Below, piece after piece: positions 39,048-54,084 of a stretch of DNA of 64,000 bases (its first letter is position 1; each line of letters opens with the position of its first letter). This stretch comes from Chrysomallon squamiferum (taxonomy: Eukaryota > Animalia > Mollusca). Under the pieces are notes generated by a model. It was not told where the DNA came from. It was given only the letters and a program-made list of their open reading frames with translations, and did no database searches. The position numbers and the translations under genes are program-made. The stretch is taken from the NCBI GenBank assembly GCA_012295275.1, contig CM022673.1, forward strand, positions 16,554,001-16,618,000, written 5' to 3'.

Positions 39048-42000
39048 TTTAAAAACAAAAACAAAAACTTCAGAAGAAAATACAGTGCAAATGTGATGAT
39101 GAAAACTTCATTTTTCTCTCAGTATTTGGCAAATTATTGTGAAATTTCAGTCATTTTAGTTCCAAAAAAGATGGAGGCTGAATAGTCCATTTTTTTTTTT
39201 TTTTTTTAAATATATGTTTGAATTGCAAAATTTAATTCTTGGTAACTTCAAAGTGAATGACAGAAACAAAATTGCCTTTGTTTTGGTTGCTTCTGCTTGT
39301 GTGGAGAAAACCTTGGACAATTCCAGTGTTGCCAAGACAACCCTCTACTAACCATTGTCAGTGAATGACTTGAGTAAAATAGAACTTACCCTGTTCATCG
39401 GAAGTCTGTGATATTGAGATGTAGTTATGAGAAACAGGGGACTCAAGTGGTTTACACTCACATTTCTTTATGGTCTTGTCAGCATTCACTGATACATACC
39501 ACATTGTTTCTAGTTTTTTACTGAGGAATTAATTTTTTTTTTTTTTTTAAAGATTTGTTTGTAAAGTATGGTATTCTGATTGTTCAGAGTTGTCTATCTT
39601 CCATTTGCAGCATTATTTAAAATTCTCAGATAGCACCTTAATGAAAAAAAAAAAAAAGAATTTTCTAAAATAGAGCAAAATTTGTTACTGAAATTTTTTA
39701 ATTTATTGGTGCATTTTTTTTTTATCCAGATTTAAAGTTTATTTTCAAAGATTTATAAAAATTAAATTTGTTACGGGAAAAAAAAAAATATAATAATAAT
39801 AATAATAATTGAAAAAAATATGTTTTTAATTCTAAGAATTGAAAATGAATTGTATTCTATAGGGTTCACAAAAAACTAAAATGGAGTCCTGTTGTTCTCT
39901 TTATTATAATTGAAATATATGCTTGATTTATCTCCCAGTACTATATTTCAGGATTTATAAAAATGTTCAAAAAATTTAGACAGACACGAAAAAGCATACT
40001 TTCATAAACATTTTATTTTGTGCCATTGAATTCAAAGAGAGTTTAAAATACATAATGAAATATTTTTACTGTAGAAACAAAAATTTCAGTTCTTGATAAT
40101 AAAATGTGGGTTAATAGTACATAGAAACCACCATAGCGCAAATATTTCATAATAAATTTTTTTTAAAAGAAATTTGCAGCTAGTATTAAATTTGAAATTG
40201 ACTGTGTCAAGTGTTGACTTCATTTTATGTTTTTTTGTTAAATATCTTTTTCTTCCAAATTTGTGTTTTGTTTACAATATGATTTAAAATTCTTATACCA
40301 CTCTTAATGAAGAGTTGTTTCTTTAAAGCGATCGCGTTTCATCTTAATTTTCTATTGTTGTTTTTTGTTTTTTAAATCTACATTTTAAAATTGTTAACTT
40401 AATCAAAATCAGTTTTAAAGGCATTGAGAATTTTTCAGCATATGAACCCTGTAGGTATGATTTATTAAAATTCAATTCTAATACTGATTTAAATTCCTAT
40501 CATTAGTTTTATTACTTATTATTATAATTACTATCAATACTACTGTTATTATTATTGAGAAAACACAGGAAGTAACAGCAGTTGCTCTGTCAGGAAAATG
40601 TGTTTTACTTGTATAAAAGTAAAAAGGTTTGTGATTATGCAGTAAAAGCAATTTTAATCTTGTCAAAGTAGCCCTCCAAAGTTTTTAATATGTCACTGAT
40701 TTCATTTTAAATCACATTTGATGTTGTTACAGAATATGGTAATAGAGATTTAGAGAGAAAAAAAAGCTTACGGATTAAAATAAATGTTTAATAGAAGAGA
40801 CCTAGTACTTTTTTCTGCTGGAATGTCGAACATGCAGTTAGCTAGAGCAAGACCAATAATCATTTAATATAATAATTTAAGCTATCTTAAGATGCATTAA
40901 AACTGAGAAAGAGGCAAATTATTGCAATGATGAAGGAAAACAATATTTGGCTCTTCTTCTAAATTATCAGATTTTCCTAGCCGTTTAAATGTTATTTACA
41001 CCAAGTTTAACTCGGAATGCTGTTAACCAGTGAATTTTATTTGATGTTAACACTTTAACGTATATATATGTGGGTGCATGAATATTTTGCAGTGTTTGTT
41101 TATCTTAATGCCGAGTGCCATTTTCCAATCTTTTTTTTCCCCCTGACATTCTTCAATACTTAATTGTCACTATTCTTTACCATTTAAAAGATAAAAGTTG
41201 GTTTATTGTTTGACATACTTAAGTCATGTAAAAAATTTTATTTATTTATTTATTTATTCGTTTCATGGAATAACAAACAGTCCTTAAATCATTTTAAGCA
41301 ATTTTTTTTTTCTTGTTTTCTTTTGCTATATATATTTATATATTTTTTTTTTTTCTTAATATTTTTTTTTGTCCTGTTTTTTTTTTTTTTTTTTTTTAGT
41401 GTTTCAATTTTGAAGTATTAAATGGTCATTTCTTTGGAGGTAATTTTTCTTCTAAAATTTACCAATAAATACATGGCAAGCTACTTAGTGGCTTGTTTTA
41501 AGTGAAGGATTAGGTGAATTGTCTAATTATTTTTAATTTAATTATTTCATTGCATAAAACATTTTAAACTGCTGACTGTCATTTTGTCTGGCTCAGATAT
41601 TTTTATTTGGTTGGGGGTGGGGGAATTAAAAAGAAATTGGAAATAATAATACCATTAGCAAACATATATCTGAAAAAGTAAAATTTTAACTGAATTAAAA
41701 TGAAAAATGCATTCAGTATGTTCATTTTGATTGGTTATATTCTGTTGCATTTTTCTGTTAAAAAAATATTTTAAAATCCCCATAAAATGTAGACTACCTC
41801 GATTTTATCTTACTCAAACAAGTTAATGTTGGTGCCTTTGAAGGGTTTGCTTATCTTTTATTTTTAATTTAAATTTTTTTTTTTCTATTATTTTTTGCTT
41901 CTTTTTCCACCTGCTAAAGAAAGTTTTACCCTGCTGAGTGATATTTAGAAAAACAAAATCAGTTGGCATGAAATGATTGTTCACTATTATTGTTTGCTTT

Positions 42001-42164
42001 TAATATGCAGAAAGATTGAGAAACTGATATTAATATTTCTGCTGGGCTAAGTTATTGGGTTAAATGCATATGTAAATAGTAAACATGCCTTTTGTAAGGT
42101 ATTAAACAAATGTAAGATAACAGCAGTAAAGATTTTGTTCAGGATTCTCAATTTTTCAGCAAGG

Positions 42165-42220
42165 TGTCAATAAAAATGTAACTATTGTAATAAAACAAAA
42201 CTTACAGAAAATAAAATTTT
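42165..42220 (+). terminator. putative distal polyadenylation signals of importin-7
   Basis: Three AATAAA hexamers within ~50 nt, followed by T-rich sequence, ~0.5 kb before the TBCEL promoter. Implies a ~3.2-kb 3' UTR (inference; AATAAA is common in this DNA). Confidence 0.3.
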
Positions 42221-42699
42221 AAATCTGCGATTTTGTCTTACTGAAATTCTTTGCTGCTTTCTATCAGAAATTTGTTATTAAAATGATCAAATTGCATTGT
42301 AAAATAGGTCTGGCATAAATTACATAGAAAGAGAAATCCCAACTGATGCCAGTTACAAATGATTTGAAAAGGAGAAAAACATATCTAGCAGTGATACATA
42401 CCTATAAACGTTAAATAACAACAACAAAAAAGCAAACAGATCACAGACGATAATTAAATAAATATCTCTGAAGGTCAAATCTCTATGGTTTGTTCCTATA
42501 TTTGGGAGACGAATCATAAAATAAACGTGACAGTGCTTACTGATATGAAATGATCTTGAACAGATTCAAATTAATTTTTAATTTGTAAGAAATGAAACTA
42601 AAATAATATCCTGCACATATACAAGGGTTAATATAAATTCTTAAAGTAATAAATAAAAAAACTTTGTGGTAAAAAATAGACGTTTTTTCTTATTCGTCT

Positions 42700-42912
42700 T
42701 TTTACAATGGTGCGCTGATCAGAGGAGGAAAATACACTGAAGTAAAAATGACGTATTACTTCCGTGATAAACATTGACGTACTGTAATGTTTATAAATAT
42801 ATATAAGATCTTTTGTGTCCAAGCTATGCATAGTTTTACTCTATAACAAAGGACTTTTACTTTTGATGATATCAGTTTTTAAATAAATCCGTCCTTGCAG
42901 CAGTACAAACAG
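42700..42912 (+). promoter_or_regulatory. putative TBCEL promoter and non-coding first exon
   Basis: CpG-richer patch with ACTTCCG (ETS-like) and TGACGT motifs. Donor CAG|GTAAAT at 42912 and acceptor TAACAG at 44073 upstream of the ATG. Confidence 0.45.
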
Positions 42913-44148
42913 GTAAATTTTTTAAAGTTGATTCTTTAAAATTAAAGAAGTTGAAAAGAAAAGAAAAACCAGGAAAGATTTGAAAATACTAAACATTGTT
43001 AGTGTTTAAAGGTCATCTACATAATCATGTAGATGTGATGACGTTTACTTAAAGAATTTTCGTTCTTAAAAACTGTATGATAAATGACATAAAATTATGA
43101 AGTTTTTAAGGAATAAAGTTATTATTATTAAATAAACCAACTCGGGCAACTGTAAAACTAACATCGGACATATTTTCCCGTTTTTCAGACATGAACTAAA
43201 TATCAATACGGTTAATAATTATGTCAAGTAGCAGAGATGTTTGACCTAATTCTTCCATTATTGGGTTAGTTATTGTAGATGACAGAAACCAAGAAAACAA
43301 AATGTAAAAAAAAATGCAGATAAAAAACTAAACATATTTTATTTAAAGATAAAAACAAAGTAGTGAATATTTTAATTACATTAACCAGGTAAAGGTGTAA
43401 TAAGTGGAGTAAATTTCTCCACCTTCCTTGGTTATTCTTTCCATTGTGTATGTGTGTCGCAGTGTTTTATCACCATCACTTTCTTACAAATAGCACATTT
43501 TTAAAAGGATAGGAAAAATTGAGGAAAACATTAAATCATTTCAAAGTTATGCTAAAGATTTAAATTAAAATTTTTCAGTTTTTCAATTTTTACTGTACCT
43601 TAAAAGCAGCAACATGAGTCACCTTGTGAGTGATGATACCCCCACCTCTGAGTGGTTAATACAGAACTAATTCAATGTTTTGGGGGACTGTTCACCTTAG
43701 GTACAGACACACCCACCCACACCCACACCCACACACATACATGCATGTATACACATATATCACATATTCATATACTTAATGTATATCATCTATTCAACAT
43801 ATTATAAAAGGCTAATTGTTGAAATAAAATGTTTGTTAATTACTGTTTATTAAGAGTATTAATGGCAGTACAATTACAAACAGTGGGAAATTAATATAAT
43901 TTGTTTAAAAATTCAGTTGATAAAAACAACTGATTTTGTCAAATAATTATTATTTGTGTTGTAGCTGTATTTATCTTTTTATTATTATTATTGTTATGTT
44001 AATGTTCAGGTATTCATTTCTCTGTATTCTTAGTCTTTTTTTATTTTTATTTTAAATTTACTTTTCCTAACAGCAATTGTTTAAAAGAATCTTGGAATCT
44101 AAGAGGCTGTTTATTCTTTGTTCTTCAGTCTAGCATTTATGTATAAAA

Positions 44149-47100
44149 ATGAGTGATAATGAAGAAAATGGGGTGTGCCGAAGATCTGTGTTGGAAGCTA
44201 TAACCTACAAATACATTGATGCCATGATACAGAGCACAGAACATCTGCATATTTTCATGCCAAGAAAAGGACCAGCAAAACTTTCAGGTGCTGAAAGAGT
44301 TTAAATTTAGTGATAGTTCATTCATGATTTTTTCCATTCTATCAAGTTTATAATTCTAAGTGACCCAGCTAGCTTTCACTAAGAACCCTCTAAATTTCAT
44401 TATAAGCAATCGCAGGAATTAGAAATAAGCAAGGAAATTTTGACTTAGCTTCGTAATAGGTTAAATATAATTAAATGGACAGCGATTTGTACCACGTTTG
44501 ACAGATTGTCATTACTATTAAAATTTTATTACACAAATATTTATTCATTTATTCTGGAATTTTTATGTTAAATATACAGAATCTGGTGATGTGATTCTTC
44601 CTCGGAACGTAGATCTCACCAACTACAAGATAGACAAAGCAGGAAACTTAGAACAACTTCTTGAACTGTGCGCCAATGTTAAAGAACTCATTCTACATAA
44701 CAACTACCTTCAAGACTGGAGTGAGGTGAGTCAGGATATTTCATCAGAAATAATGTTTATGTATAAACACAAATTAATTTTCAAATTATTTTGACTCCAT
44801 AAAAAGCTTTTATTAATAAATAACATAATAATAAAATAACATAGACAAATGGTAAAATCCATTTCATTACATAAAATTAAAAAAATATAATATTTTGTTT
44901 CCTTTTTAAAAACATTTTTATGAGTGTAATCTTATTTTTGAGTGGTTCATATATCTTTTACTGTATTTTACTTCTGTACATCGTTTTTTGTAATGTCTAA
45001 ATTAAGTTTGGTCTATTATTTATATCCTAAACTATTTTCAAAATATTTTATTTTTATAAATAAGTGTTTTGAGTTCAAGAAATCAGAAAAATAATCAGTG
45101 ATTAAAAGAAAAATAATAATAATAATTCAGTACAGACTAAAGTTCTTGTTTTCAAAATACGTGTTACTTAAATCTATATACCAGTGAGTGTTTTTATGCA
45201 CTGAAAATAAATATCAAGGTATTTTACAGGTGTTGATGATTCTGAAAGGTATGCCAAAACTTACATTCCTGAACCTCACAGCTAATCCACTCAAAGAAAT
45301 GATTGTCACACCAACAGAAGACAGCATATTTCCTAACATTACTCATCTTGTTCTGAACAAAACACAAGTGCCTTGGAATACCATAGAATCTCTGCTTCAG
45401 TGTTTTCCAAAGTACATATTTAATTTGGAATTAATAGTAAAAGTTTTTGAAATTGCATATTTTGATAATTATGTAAACTCTGAAATGATTTAAGATACTT
45501 GTTGTTAGATAAAATAACAATAGTGGTATGTATTTCAGTTTTGTAATTAATCTTTGCTAGGACAACAATAAATAATAATAATAACAGCAGATTGTTTATT
45601 TGACTCCCAGAAAACCTTATTTAGAAGCTTGCTAGATAAATGGCCTGGTATCTGTGTAACAATAACCAGATTAGTTTGTAGTTTTCTTTATCATATAATT
45701 TATTTTTTAAATTGTTTTATAGCCAATTGTTTATTTGCTAATAGTGAAACTAAAAAAGCAAGAGTTAGTAAATTTTCAAAACAAATTTTCAGGATGACCT
45801 AATTTATTTTGCAGTGACTCAGTTTGTCAGAATTCTTGTAAACATTTCTATTTTACTAGAAAAGAAAGCAGCAAGTTATATTTACCTCCTGAGGTTTGTT
45901 AGTATTATTCTATTGTTCAAAATTATTATTAGTAGTAGTAAGTATGGTCTCTAAGACATTAGAGACATTAACTTTAAAGAGTTCAAAATGTTTCTGAAGA
46001 AGTCACAGATACACTGCGTATTTGTAACAAGTTCAAATATTTTTGTTTTTAGTCTGGTAGAACTCCACCTAAGTTTGAACAACTACACAGACGTGACACT
46101 CTCTGAGCAGTTAACCTACCCATCTCTTCAGAAACTCTTCTTCAACAACAACGCTGTCACATCATGGTCAGGGATATGCAAACTAGGTCACCTGTTTCCT
46201 AACCTGGAAGACCTCATGATGTGTGGGTGTGAGTTGTGTACCATTGGTCCTGATGGGTTTGAAGCATTCAGCAAACTTAAGAGATGGAGTCTGAGTCAAA
46301 CCACCTTGAATGGATGGAAGGATATTGATATGATCCGAAACTTCCCAGCTCTTTATGATGTCAGGTTACAAGATATTGCATTTCTACAGGTATTTTTTTT
46401 TTCTAAATTTATTTATTATTATTATTTCTTAATTAATCTTTTTAACTTGTTTTTTTGTTTTGTTTATTTGATTAATTTATTATTATTATTTTTGCTTGAT
46501 TATATGTTTTGAAAAGGAGAGAAGACTTCCAGTAGCTTTGTCTATTGTCACCATTTGCTTATATGAGATACATAATGTAAATGTTAACAAAAATACTCAG
46601 AGGAAAGATGATAGTTAAATGTCTTTGTAGAAGTACTGTCTCTCTTTCTCTCTCTCCATCTTTTAGAAACTTTTTTCTCTATCTGTGTGCCCATCTCTTT
46701 TCCCTTCTCCCTTAAATGTTTGTTTATAAATATGTCATTACATTTACATGTTAAATTACAGGATTACCCATCAAAAGACAGAAGACAGCTGATTGTTGCT
46801 CGCACACCAAACATTAAATATCTGAATGGTAGTTGTGTTGATAATTTGGAGCGAGAAGATGCAGAGAGAGCCTTTATACGAAAATTCCTAGATGCAGAGG
46901 AGAAACCAGAAAGGTGAATATTAATTAATGTTTCTGGTACAAAAATCTGTGATGCACATGGTTGTTTTTTTGTTTACTTCAAATAAAAATGTTCATAAAT
47001 GATGATATGAAACAGTGATCAGGATTAGTTGAAAAACATGATCATTCTAATATAATTAAATGATTTGATCATAAATATATAAAAATAAAAGGAAGAAAGA

Positions 47101-47823
47101 AATTATAAATAACATTATAAGAGAGTTGTAATAATATCAGACACATTTATAACTAAACTGTAAAGATGTATGTAGAAAAAAGTTTTAAAATTTTAATTGT
47201 TAATATTAAATTTAAATATTTAAAATAAGTTATGTTATATAAATTATTTCGGCATTGTTTACTTGGTTTTCTCTGTTTTAGTTTATTATTATTTACTGAT
47301 GTTATTTTTATTTATTTATTTATTTATTTATTCATTTGTTTAATTTTAAATAAATATTAATATATTTAATTTTTTTAATTTTTATTTATTTATTTTTATT
47401 ATTATTATTTTTTATCTTATTTTGATTCATAAATATTTTATTTCCATTTTGAAATAAATTCATTTTACTTTAGTTGTTTTTTTTTTTAATAATTTTCACA
47501 GATACTATGAACTGGAAAGCATTCATGGCAAGTTAGAACCTCTTGTCAGTGTCGACTTAACTCCGAAAAAATACTTTCATGCTACAATACTGTTCAAAGA
47601 CAAAACGAAAAGAATGAAAGTATATACCAATCAGACTGTCAGTCAGCTGAAAATGCAGTTGGCCCAGTTTGTAGGATCCCCACCTAGTAAGTGGCGTCTG
47701 TTTTATCTTGATAAAGAATTGAATATGGGTTTGGAAGAACTGAAGTATCCCCAGAAGATGATTTACACTCTAAATATTAATGATGGTGATGAGTTTCACA
47801 TAGAAATGAAAAATGAAAGTTGA
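44149..47823 (+). CDS. TBCEL: tubulin-specific chaperone cofactor E-like protein (LRR plus C-terminal ubiquitin-like domain), about 425 aa
   Basis: Exons: 44149-44287, 44580-44725, 45230-45411, 46053-46389, 46762-46913, 47502-47823, all in phase. Motifs: CANVKELILHNNYLQDWSEV, LTFLNLTANPL, LVELHLSLNNY, RRQLIVARTPNIKYLNGS...EREDAERAFIR, RYYELESIHGKLEPLVSVDL, and a UBL ending DGDEFHIE. No CAP-Gly domain, which fits TBCEL rather than TBCE. Confidence 0.94.
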
Positions 47824-50011
47824 GTAAATGGTTACATCTCAGATGTGATTGATTCTGACTAGATTGGTCAACATTCCACATCAAAATTCTGTTTTAAAAA
47901 GATCACAGAAGATACAAAGAAAATGTCCAACTGTTTTTTGCACAAATTTGTGTTTTTTTAAAAACTTTTTTAATATCTATCAAATATTCTTTTTCAGCTT
48001 CTTAAACTTTGATTTCTCTTTCATAATTTTTTTTTTCTGTTCTTTTTCATAATTCATTTTGCTTTTTCATTTTTATGTTTAATTTCTTTTTCCTTTTTTT
48101 TTTTCTTAGTTTTTCTTCATTTGTTTTCTATTAATTCTTTTTTTTTTTTTTTTCAGTTTCATTTTTGTACTTGGTTTCTTAACAATTTTACAATTATAAA
48201 TTTTAAAATAGTTTATTTAAGCTAAAGTGGATTATTATTATTTTTTTTTTTATTAGAGAACTTGCTTGCTTGTTTTAATTTTTTTCATGTAATTTAATTC
48301 CATCTGATCAAATTGTATATTTATTTATTACTTAAAATTGTTTGCCGAATTTATAATTTATGAAGCTTATATCAAAGTGCTATTCTTAATTTGAATACAA
48401 AGCTATTTATTTATCTTATTTTATTTATATTAGTATTATTATTTTTATTTAATTATTTGTTTTTTTTATTATTATAATTATTATTATTATTATTATTTTA
48501 TTTTTTTTGAGGCATTCAAGATGGAAAGATAACATTTAAAATATTTTAGCTTTAAAACAATTTTAATTGCACATAGATATATGTGGATGTGTGCCTAACT
48601 GAATGTGACTTACCTTGAACATTTCCACTGAGGTCTGATTTAAATACATGCAGCTAAATTTGCTTGGAAATCCTTTTGTTTTTCTTTGTTTTTGCTTTGC
48701 ACAAATATAGTTAAAAGATGTGATGTTCTCAAAGTTTGAAAAAGGGATAGATGTTTATACTGGAAATGTGAAGAAAACAAAACACACTGGAATGAGTTTA
48801 AGTATTAACATTTTGTTTATGTATGACCAAACCTTTTTTTTTTTTTCCAAATGAAGTGCTTCAGATCACAGTGAAATACAAAAAAGTGTTTACTGTGTTA
48901 GTGACAGTATGGCAAACAGGGATTCGTCATTCTGTCAGGATCATCTGGTGACAGATTATTTATTTACTGCTGTCTCTACAGAAACAAAAAGTGGACACTT
49001 TAATAATAATCAAGCATGTCTGTGATGTGAGCTATTTTTTTTATTAACAACTCAGGTATTCACATGCCACACTGATTTTCATAATCACTGTTGGTATGTT
49101 GAGATATGTGATATAAAGTTTTATTTTTAAATATACAGTTATTCTGATCAGAAGACAATGTCATTTTAATTCATTTCTGTTCCACCATTTGGTTGGGGTT
49201 TTTGATTAATAAATTTTATTTTATTATTATTTTATTTTTTAAATTAAATATATATTATTCATTTAACAGAATGGTACTTTTTGTTTGAATATTTTTAAAA
49301 ATATTTTATTATGTCATGACTTTAATTGGAAGTATTCAGTTAATACAAACATCAGAAATCACTACAATCAGTCACACTGTGGTCACTTTTTTATTAATAA
49401 TATTTTTATTTAATATTCATAACATTTTCAGATCACATCAAGAATACTGTACACTCACTACACTGACATAAAAATATGATATAATTGTGTCAGAGGGCCA
49501 GATCTAAGCTTCTTTTTGGAGGGGCTATTTGAACTGAAAAATGTTAAAAGATTTATTGTAATCTTAGATTATTTAAAATAAGTAGATTTATTTACTTGTT
49601 TCATGGCATTACACAAGATATTACAATATTTATTTAAACTATGCATGTGGTTTACAGGTACAGCAATGAAATGTTGGATATTATATTGTGCATTATCATG
49701 GCAAATACGCATCTTTTTAATATCAGGAGATTTAATTTCTATTTATTTCCAACCCTAGAATATTAATTTTTTTATTAAGGCAAAACATTTTATGTTGTTT
49801 TTTTCTAAAATCTTTCAGATATTCTTATTGCCTATCTTTTATTTAAATGGCCTTATTTTTCTATCTATAAAATGCAATATTTCATTTTGTAAAATTTAAT
49901 TTTTTTAATTACTTTGTATTATTTTTAAAAGACATTTTAGATTATTATTTAAACAGAAAAGTTTGTTTATCATAATAATTATTCATATTTCACCTTTGTA
50001 AAATAATGTCT

Positions 50012-50109
50012 TCTGCTTGTTGTTGATTAGAGTGATCTGCCTTACATCTTCTGGCAAAATATCATCTGCTTGTTGTTGATTAGAGTGATCTCCCTTACAT
50101 CTTCTGGCA
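50012..50109. repeat. 45-bp direct tandem duplication (period 53, one mismatch)
   Basis: TCTGCTTGTTGTTGATTAGAGTGATCT[G/C]CCTTACATCTTCTGGCA at 50012-50056 and 50065-50109. Confidence 0.92.
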
Positions 50110-50874
50110 TTAGTATCCGTCTTGTATCAGTTTAATCATATTTATTAAAATTAATTTGATATATATTAATTATTTCAGTTGTTATTATTATTATGGTTGT
50201 TTATTTATTTATTTATTTTTATTTATTACATGATATTATCATATTCTTCTGGAATCAGTAAAATACATTATGAATTGCATATTTACACTAATCAGTTAAC
50301 AATATATTTTTATCTTTCTCAATAATATTGTTGTAATAATTATTTAGTTATTTATTTTAATTTATTATTATTATTTTTTTTTTTTTGGTTTTGAGAATGA
50401 TTATAAAATGTCAAAAACCACTTAACATTAATAAATAATTATGATTAATTGTAATTCAAATAAAATATATAAACAATTAACTGCTTTTTTTAAAATATAT
50501 ACTGGGCATTACAATGTATTACCAATGTTGTTATTTTAATATGTGTATGTGTAGTTTAGAATTTTGTATAGATTTCTTTTTATAATGACGTTTAATCTAA
50601 TCTGTTTGCACTTGTCTAATTTCTGTGTAATTCATTTTCTTTAGTTAGATTTATTTTTATTATTTCTTAGTAATAAGCTAAATATGTAGTACATGACTTG
50701 AAAGTGTAAAAAATTACTGTGAATCACATTGGAATTTTGATGTTGATAGCAGACTTGTTTTTATTCAGTGTATTTCTGCCAATGATAAGACCTTGGTAAC
50801 CATAGTTTTAAAAACAAAAACAAAAAAACAAAAAAATATATGTATTATTTATTTTTAATCAGTCTTTGTTAATA

Positions 50875-50917
<43 letters not shown>

Positions 50918-51402
50918 TTGTAATAAAAACAGTCCCAAGATATTTTAAATTAAACTAATTTAACAAAATAATGATGTAACAGCTTAATTAAAAAAGAGTC
51001 AAATGTGTCTACCATAAGACAATGAAAAATATAGGAAAGAAATACAACACTGTATGGTATTAGTCATATTAGTTGTTTTGGCTTTTTAAAAACTGTACAA
51101 GATTATCTAACCAGCTGTATTTCATTAATCATGAAATTAATCCTCTTTATGTTCATAAGTAGAAGAAAAAGAAGTTCTTTTTGACCTTGAATGAATTAGG
51201 TTGCCATTTGTAGCAGATGGTAAATGATTTCTGAAGTTTTTGATAGGAAACTGAGTAAATATTAGTGTAGTGGTTTTGTTAATTGAAGTACCATGTCCAG
51301 AAACAGATGTTTCAATTCAGATGGAACGTTATCTAAATAACACGTGCAATGTAAAAGTGATTTTTTAAAACTAGTTAAGTCTTGAACATCAACAGAAACA
51401 CA

Positions 51403-51403
<1 letters not shown>

Positions 51404-51485
<82 letters not shown>

Positions 51486-51503
51486 CATCATCATCATCAT
51501 CAT
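51404..51503. repeat. (ATT)n-(ATC)n microsatellite
   Basis: Directly visible. Confidence 0.95.
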
Positions 51504-53362
51504 GTTTATTATTAAATAACTAAAGTTTAGGAGAAATTATTATGTTTTGTTTATTATTATTATTATTTTTAACAAAAAGAAAAAAGTAAATGTGAAAATA
51601 AATTAAAATTAACAATAAATTATGATCATTTTTTCATATTTAAATTTTTAATTTTGTTATTATTATTTATATATTAAAAAGTTGTATATGTTAAAATAAT
51701 AAAAATAATTTGAAATTGAAAAAAAGAAATAAAAATTTAAAATTTAGAAGAAAATATATTTATTAAATAAAAAAATAGTAATAATACAAAAACTGTTGAT
51801 AATAAGTATTTAATATTAATGTTATATCTTTGCATTTTAAAGGTATCTTCACCAACCATAATTATTCAGAATATTTTATGTTATTGCGTCTGTTTATTTT
51901 TATTTAGTATGTACATTTTTAATTTTAATAACAAATTTAATTTCAGTTTGATTTTTTTTAAATTAAATTTTGAGTATATTTTTCCTTTAATAATAAAGGA
52001 TTACAATATTTTTTTTATATTATTATTATTATTTTATATATATAATAAGTGTAATTATTATTGATTTTTTTCTTCTGTAATATTGCTACAATGTACTATG
52101 TCTTGCTATATGTATAACCAGTCAAAACCTGTATAAAATAAAATAAAAAATAAATAAATAATTAAGTCTATAAACAAATAATTAAATAAATAAAATCAAA
52201 TTAATTAATTAATTAATTTTAAAAAACCTAATTTATCACAGTCAATATTCTTATTCATCTAACATATTTTTTTTTTTTTTTTTTTTGGTACATCTTTATG
52301 ATCAACACTTCAATACGTTTCATTGTACTCTGTGTTAGCCAACGTTCCAATAATTCCCTGTCGACTTTTCCTTTCGGTAAATTTAATAAATTCAAGATGG
52401 CAAGGGAGCTTTCAGCTTTTTATCATTTTGCTTGAGATTAACAACAAATTAATATTATTGCCACTGCTCAGCAGCGATTGTATTTCATGTCAGAAGAGAG
52501 GAGATCTTGGTTTATTTTTCAACAATTTGTCTCTGGTGACTTTTTTGACTTGCATATCACATATGAAAGTCATAACTATTGGTCAGCTCTGAAACATCTT
52601 CCATTTTCAGCCTTTTAAAAAAATTTTTTTTTATAATAACTGAATATTTTTTCTTCTGTCCACTTTGTAGACATAAAATACTTTTTTATACTGAACAAAT
52701 TATAAGAATTAAAAAAAAAAAATCTACGCAGTTAATATTAATGAGATTAAAGATCCGAACCCATTGTCATTTAGCAATGTGTTTCAGGGTTTCTCCAATA
52801 TTACTTTATATTCAAATTTTTTTTTTTTTTTTTTTAAGATTTCGTTACTACAGGTCAGTGGTTGTGGTCATGTAACAGTCTATTTTTGTAAGTTCACAGG
52901 CATTTTAGATTTTAATTTAATAATGTAAGAAGAAAGAGGTTTTAGTAACTGATTTGTAGTTAATTGTTTATTAGTTTTTAAAATATTAATTAATTTTGTA
53001 TTTTAATTACATGATTAATATTATTTTTAATTAAATTTGTTTATATTGATATTTACTTGGTTATTAATTAGCATTAAATTAAATATTTGTGTTTGTAAAT
53101 ATTTTATAGGTCTGTGATAAAATCTCTCCTTTCTAAAATTTTAAATTTAGATGTTTGGTGTTTGTTGCAATTGTTTGTACTTACGTATTAACCACATTTA
53201 TAAAATAAATATTATATGATAAAATTTTGTTCTATTTTGTGTTTTTATTTCATCAGTTTTTTGTGAAATAAGTACTAATTATTCAGAAAACTAAAATAGA
53301 CATTCTGATATTAATATATCTTTCAACCACTGCATTACAAAAACAAAACAAAACAAAAAATG

Positions 53363-53398
<36 letters not shown>

Positions 53399-54084
53399 AA
53401 TGTACGTGAAGTCGTTGACGTAGACCTATGCGACTTTCGCGTCTGATAGTGGTGCCGCAGCTAAAGAAAGCTTTATGCTTCTTTGCCGTCGTGACAGTGT
53501 CCATAATCTGCTTTTCTCAAGCTCGTCGTTCAACACACGAATGCATTTCTGATTTGCACGTGCACGTTGTTTTACGACTGATACTTTGTATATTGTCAAG
53601 GTCTGCGCTTACTGCTCGTCCCTCCTCCCAGTGTTCTGGTATCACACACGTTTGGATAATTTCATTTCGTTTGGAGACTTCTACTGAAGAAAAGGAAACT
53701 TTTGTTATTATTATTATTATTATTATTTTAACGCCACTTATCTTTATTTTTATCTCAACAAAGCAGAAACGTAATGCGCAAAAAGATAAATAAAATTCAT
53801 TTCAGACAGTCTGGATCAATGGTCCGCTCTCTACCCACTTCCCTACAGTATGATCAATATTTATTTATTTATTTATTTATTTATTTATTCTGATTTATAG
53901 TAAACATTTAACATATTTCAGAACAAACTGTTTTAGAATATTAAAGAATACGCACGTCTATGACTTCAGGCTGAGATAGCGCGGTAAAACACAGACTTAG
54001 TCCACATCAACTGATGAACAGTTGTTTGTAGTGGTGAGAAGACGAATGTTGCAAAGACATTCAAAATTTTATTTAGGCTGTTTT

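Noticed and set aside
43418-43436. ACCTTCCTTGG resembling the U14 snoRNA antisense element
   Set aside because: Not followed by the D box and no upstream C box or domain A.
53600-53674. CVIPEHWEEGR resembling the N-terminus of ependymin-related proteins
   Set aside because: No signal-peptide exon and no downstream ependymin motifs found; similarity is too short.
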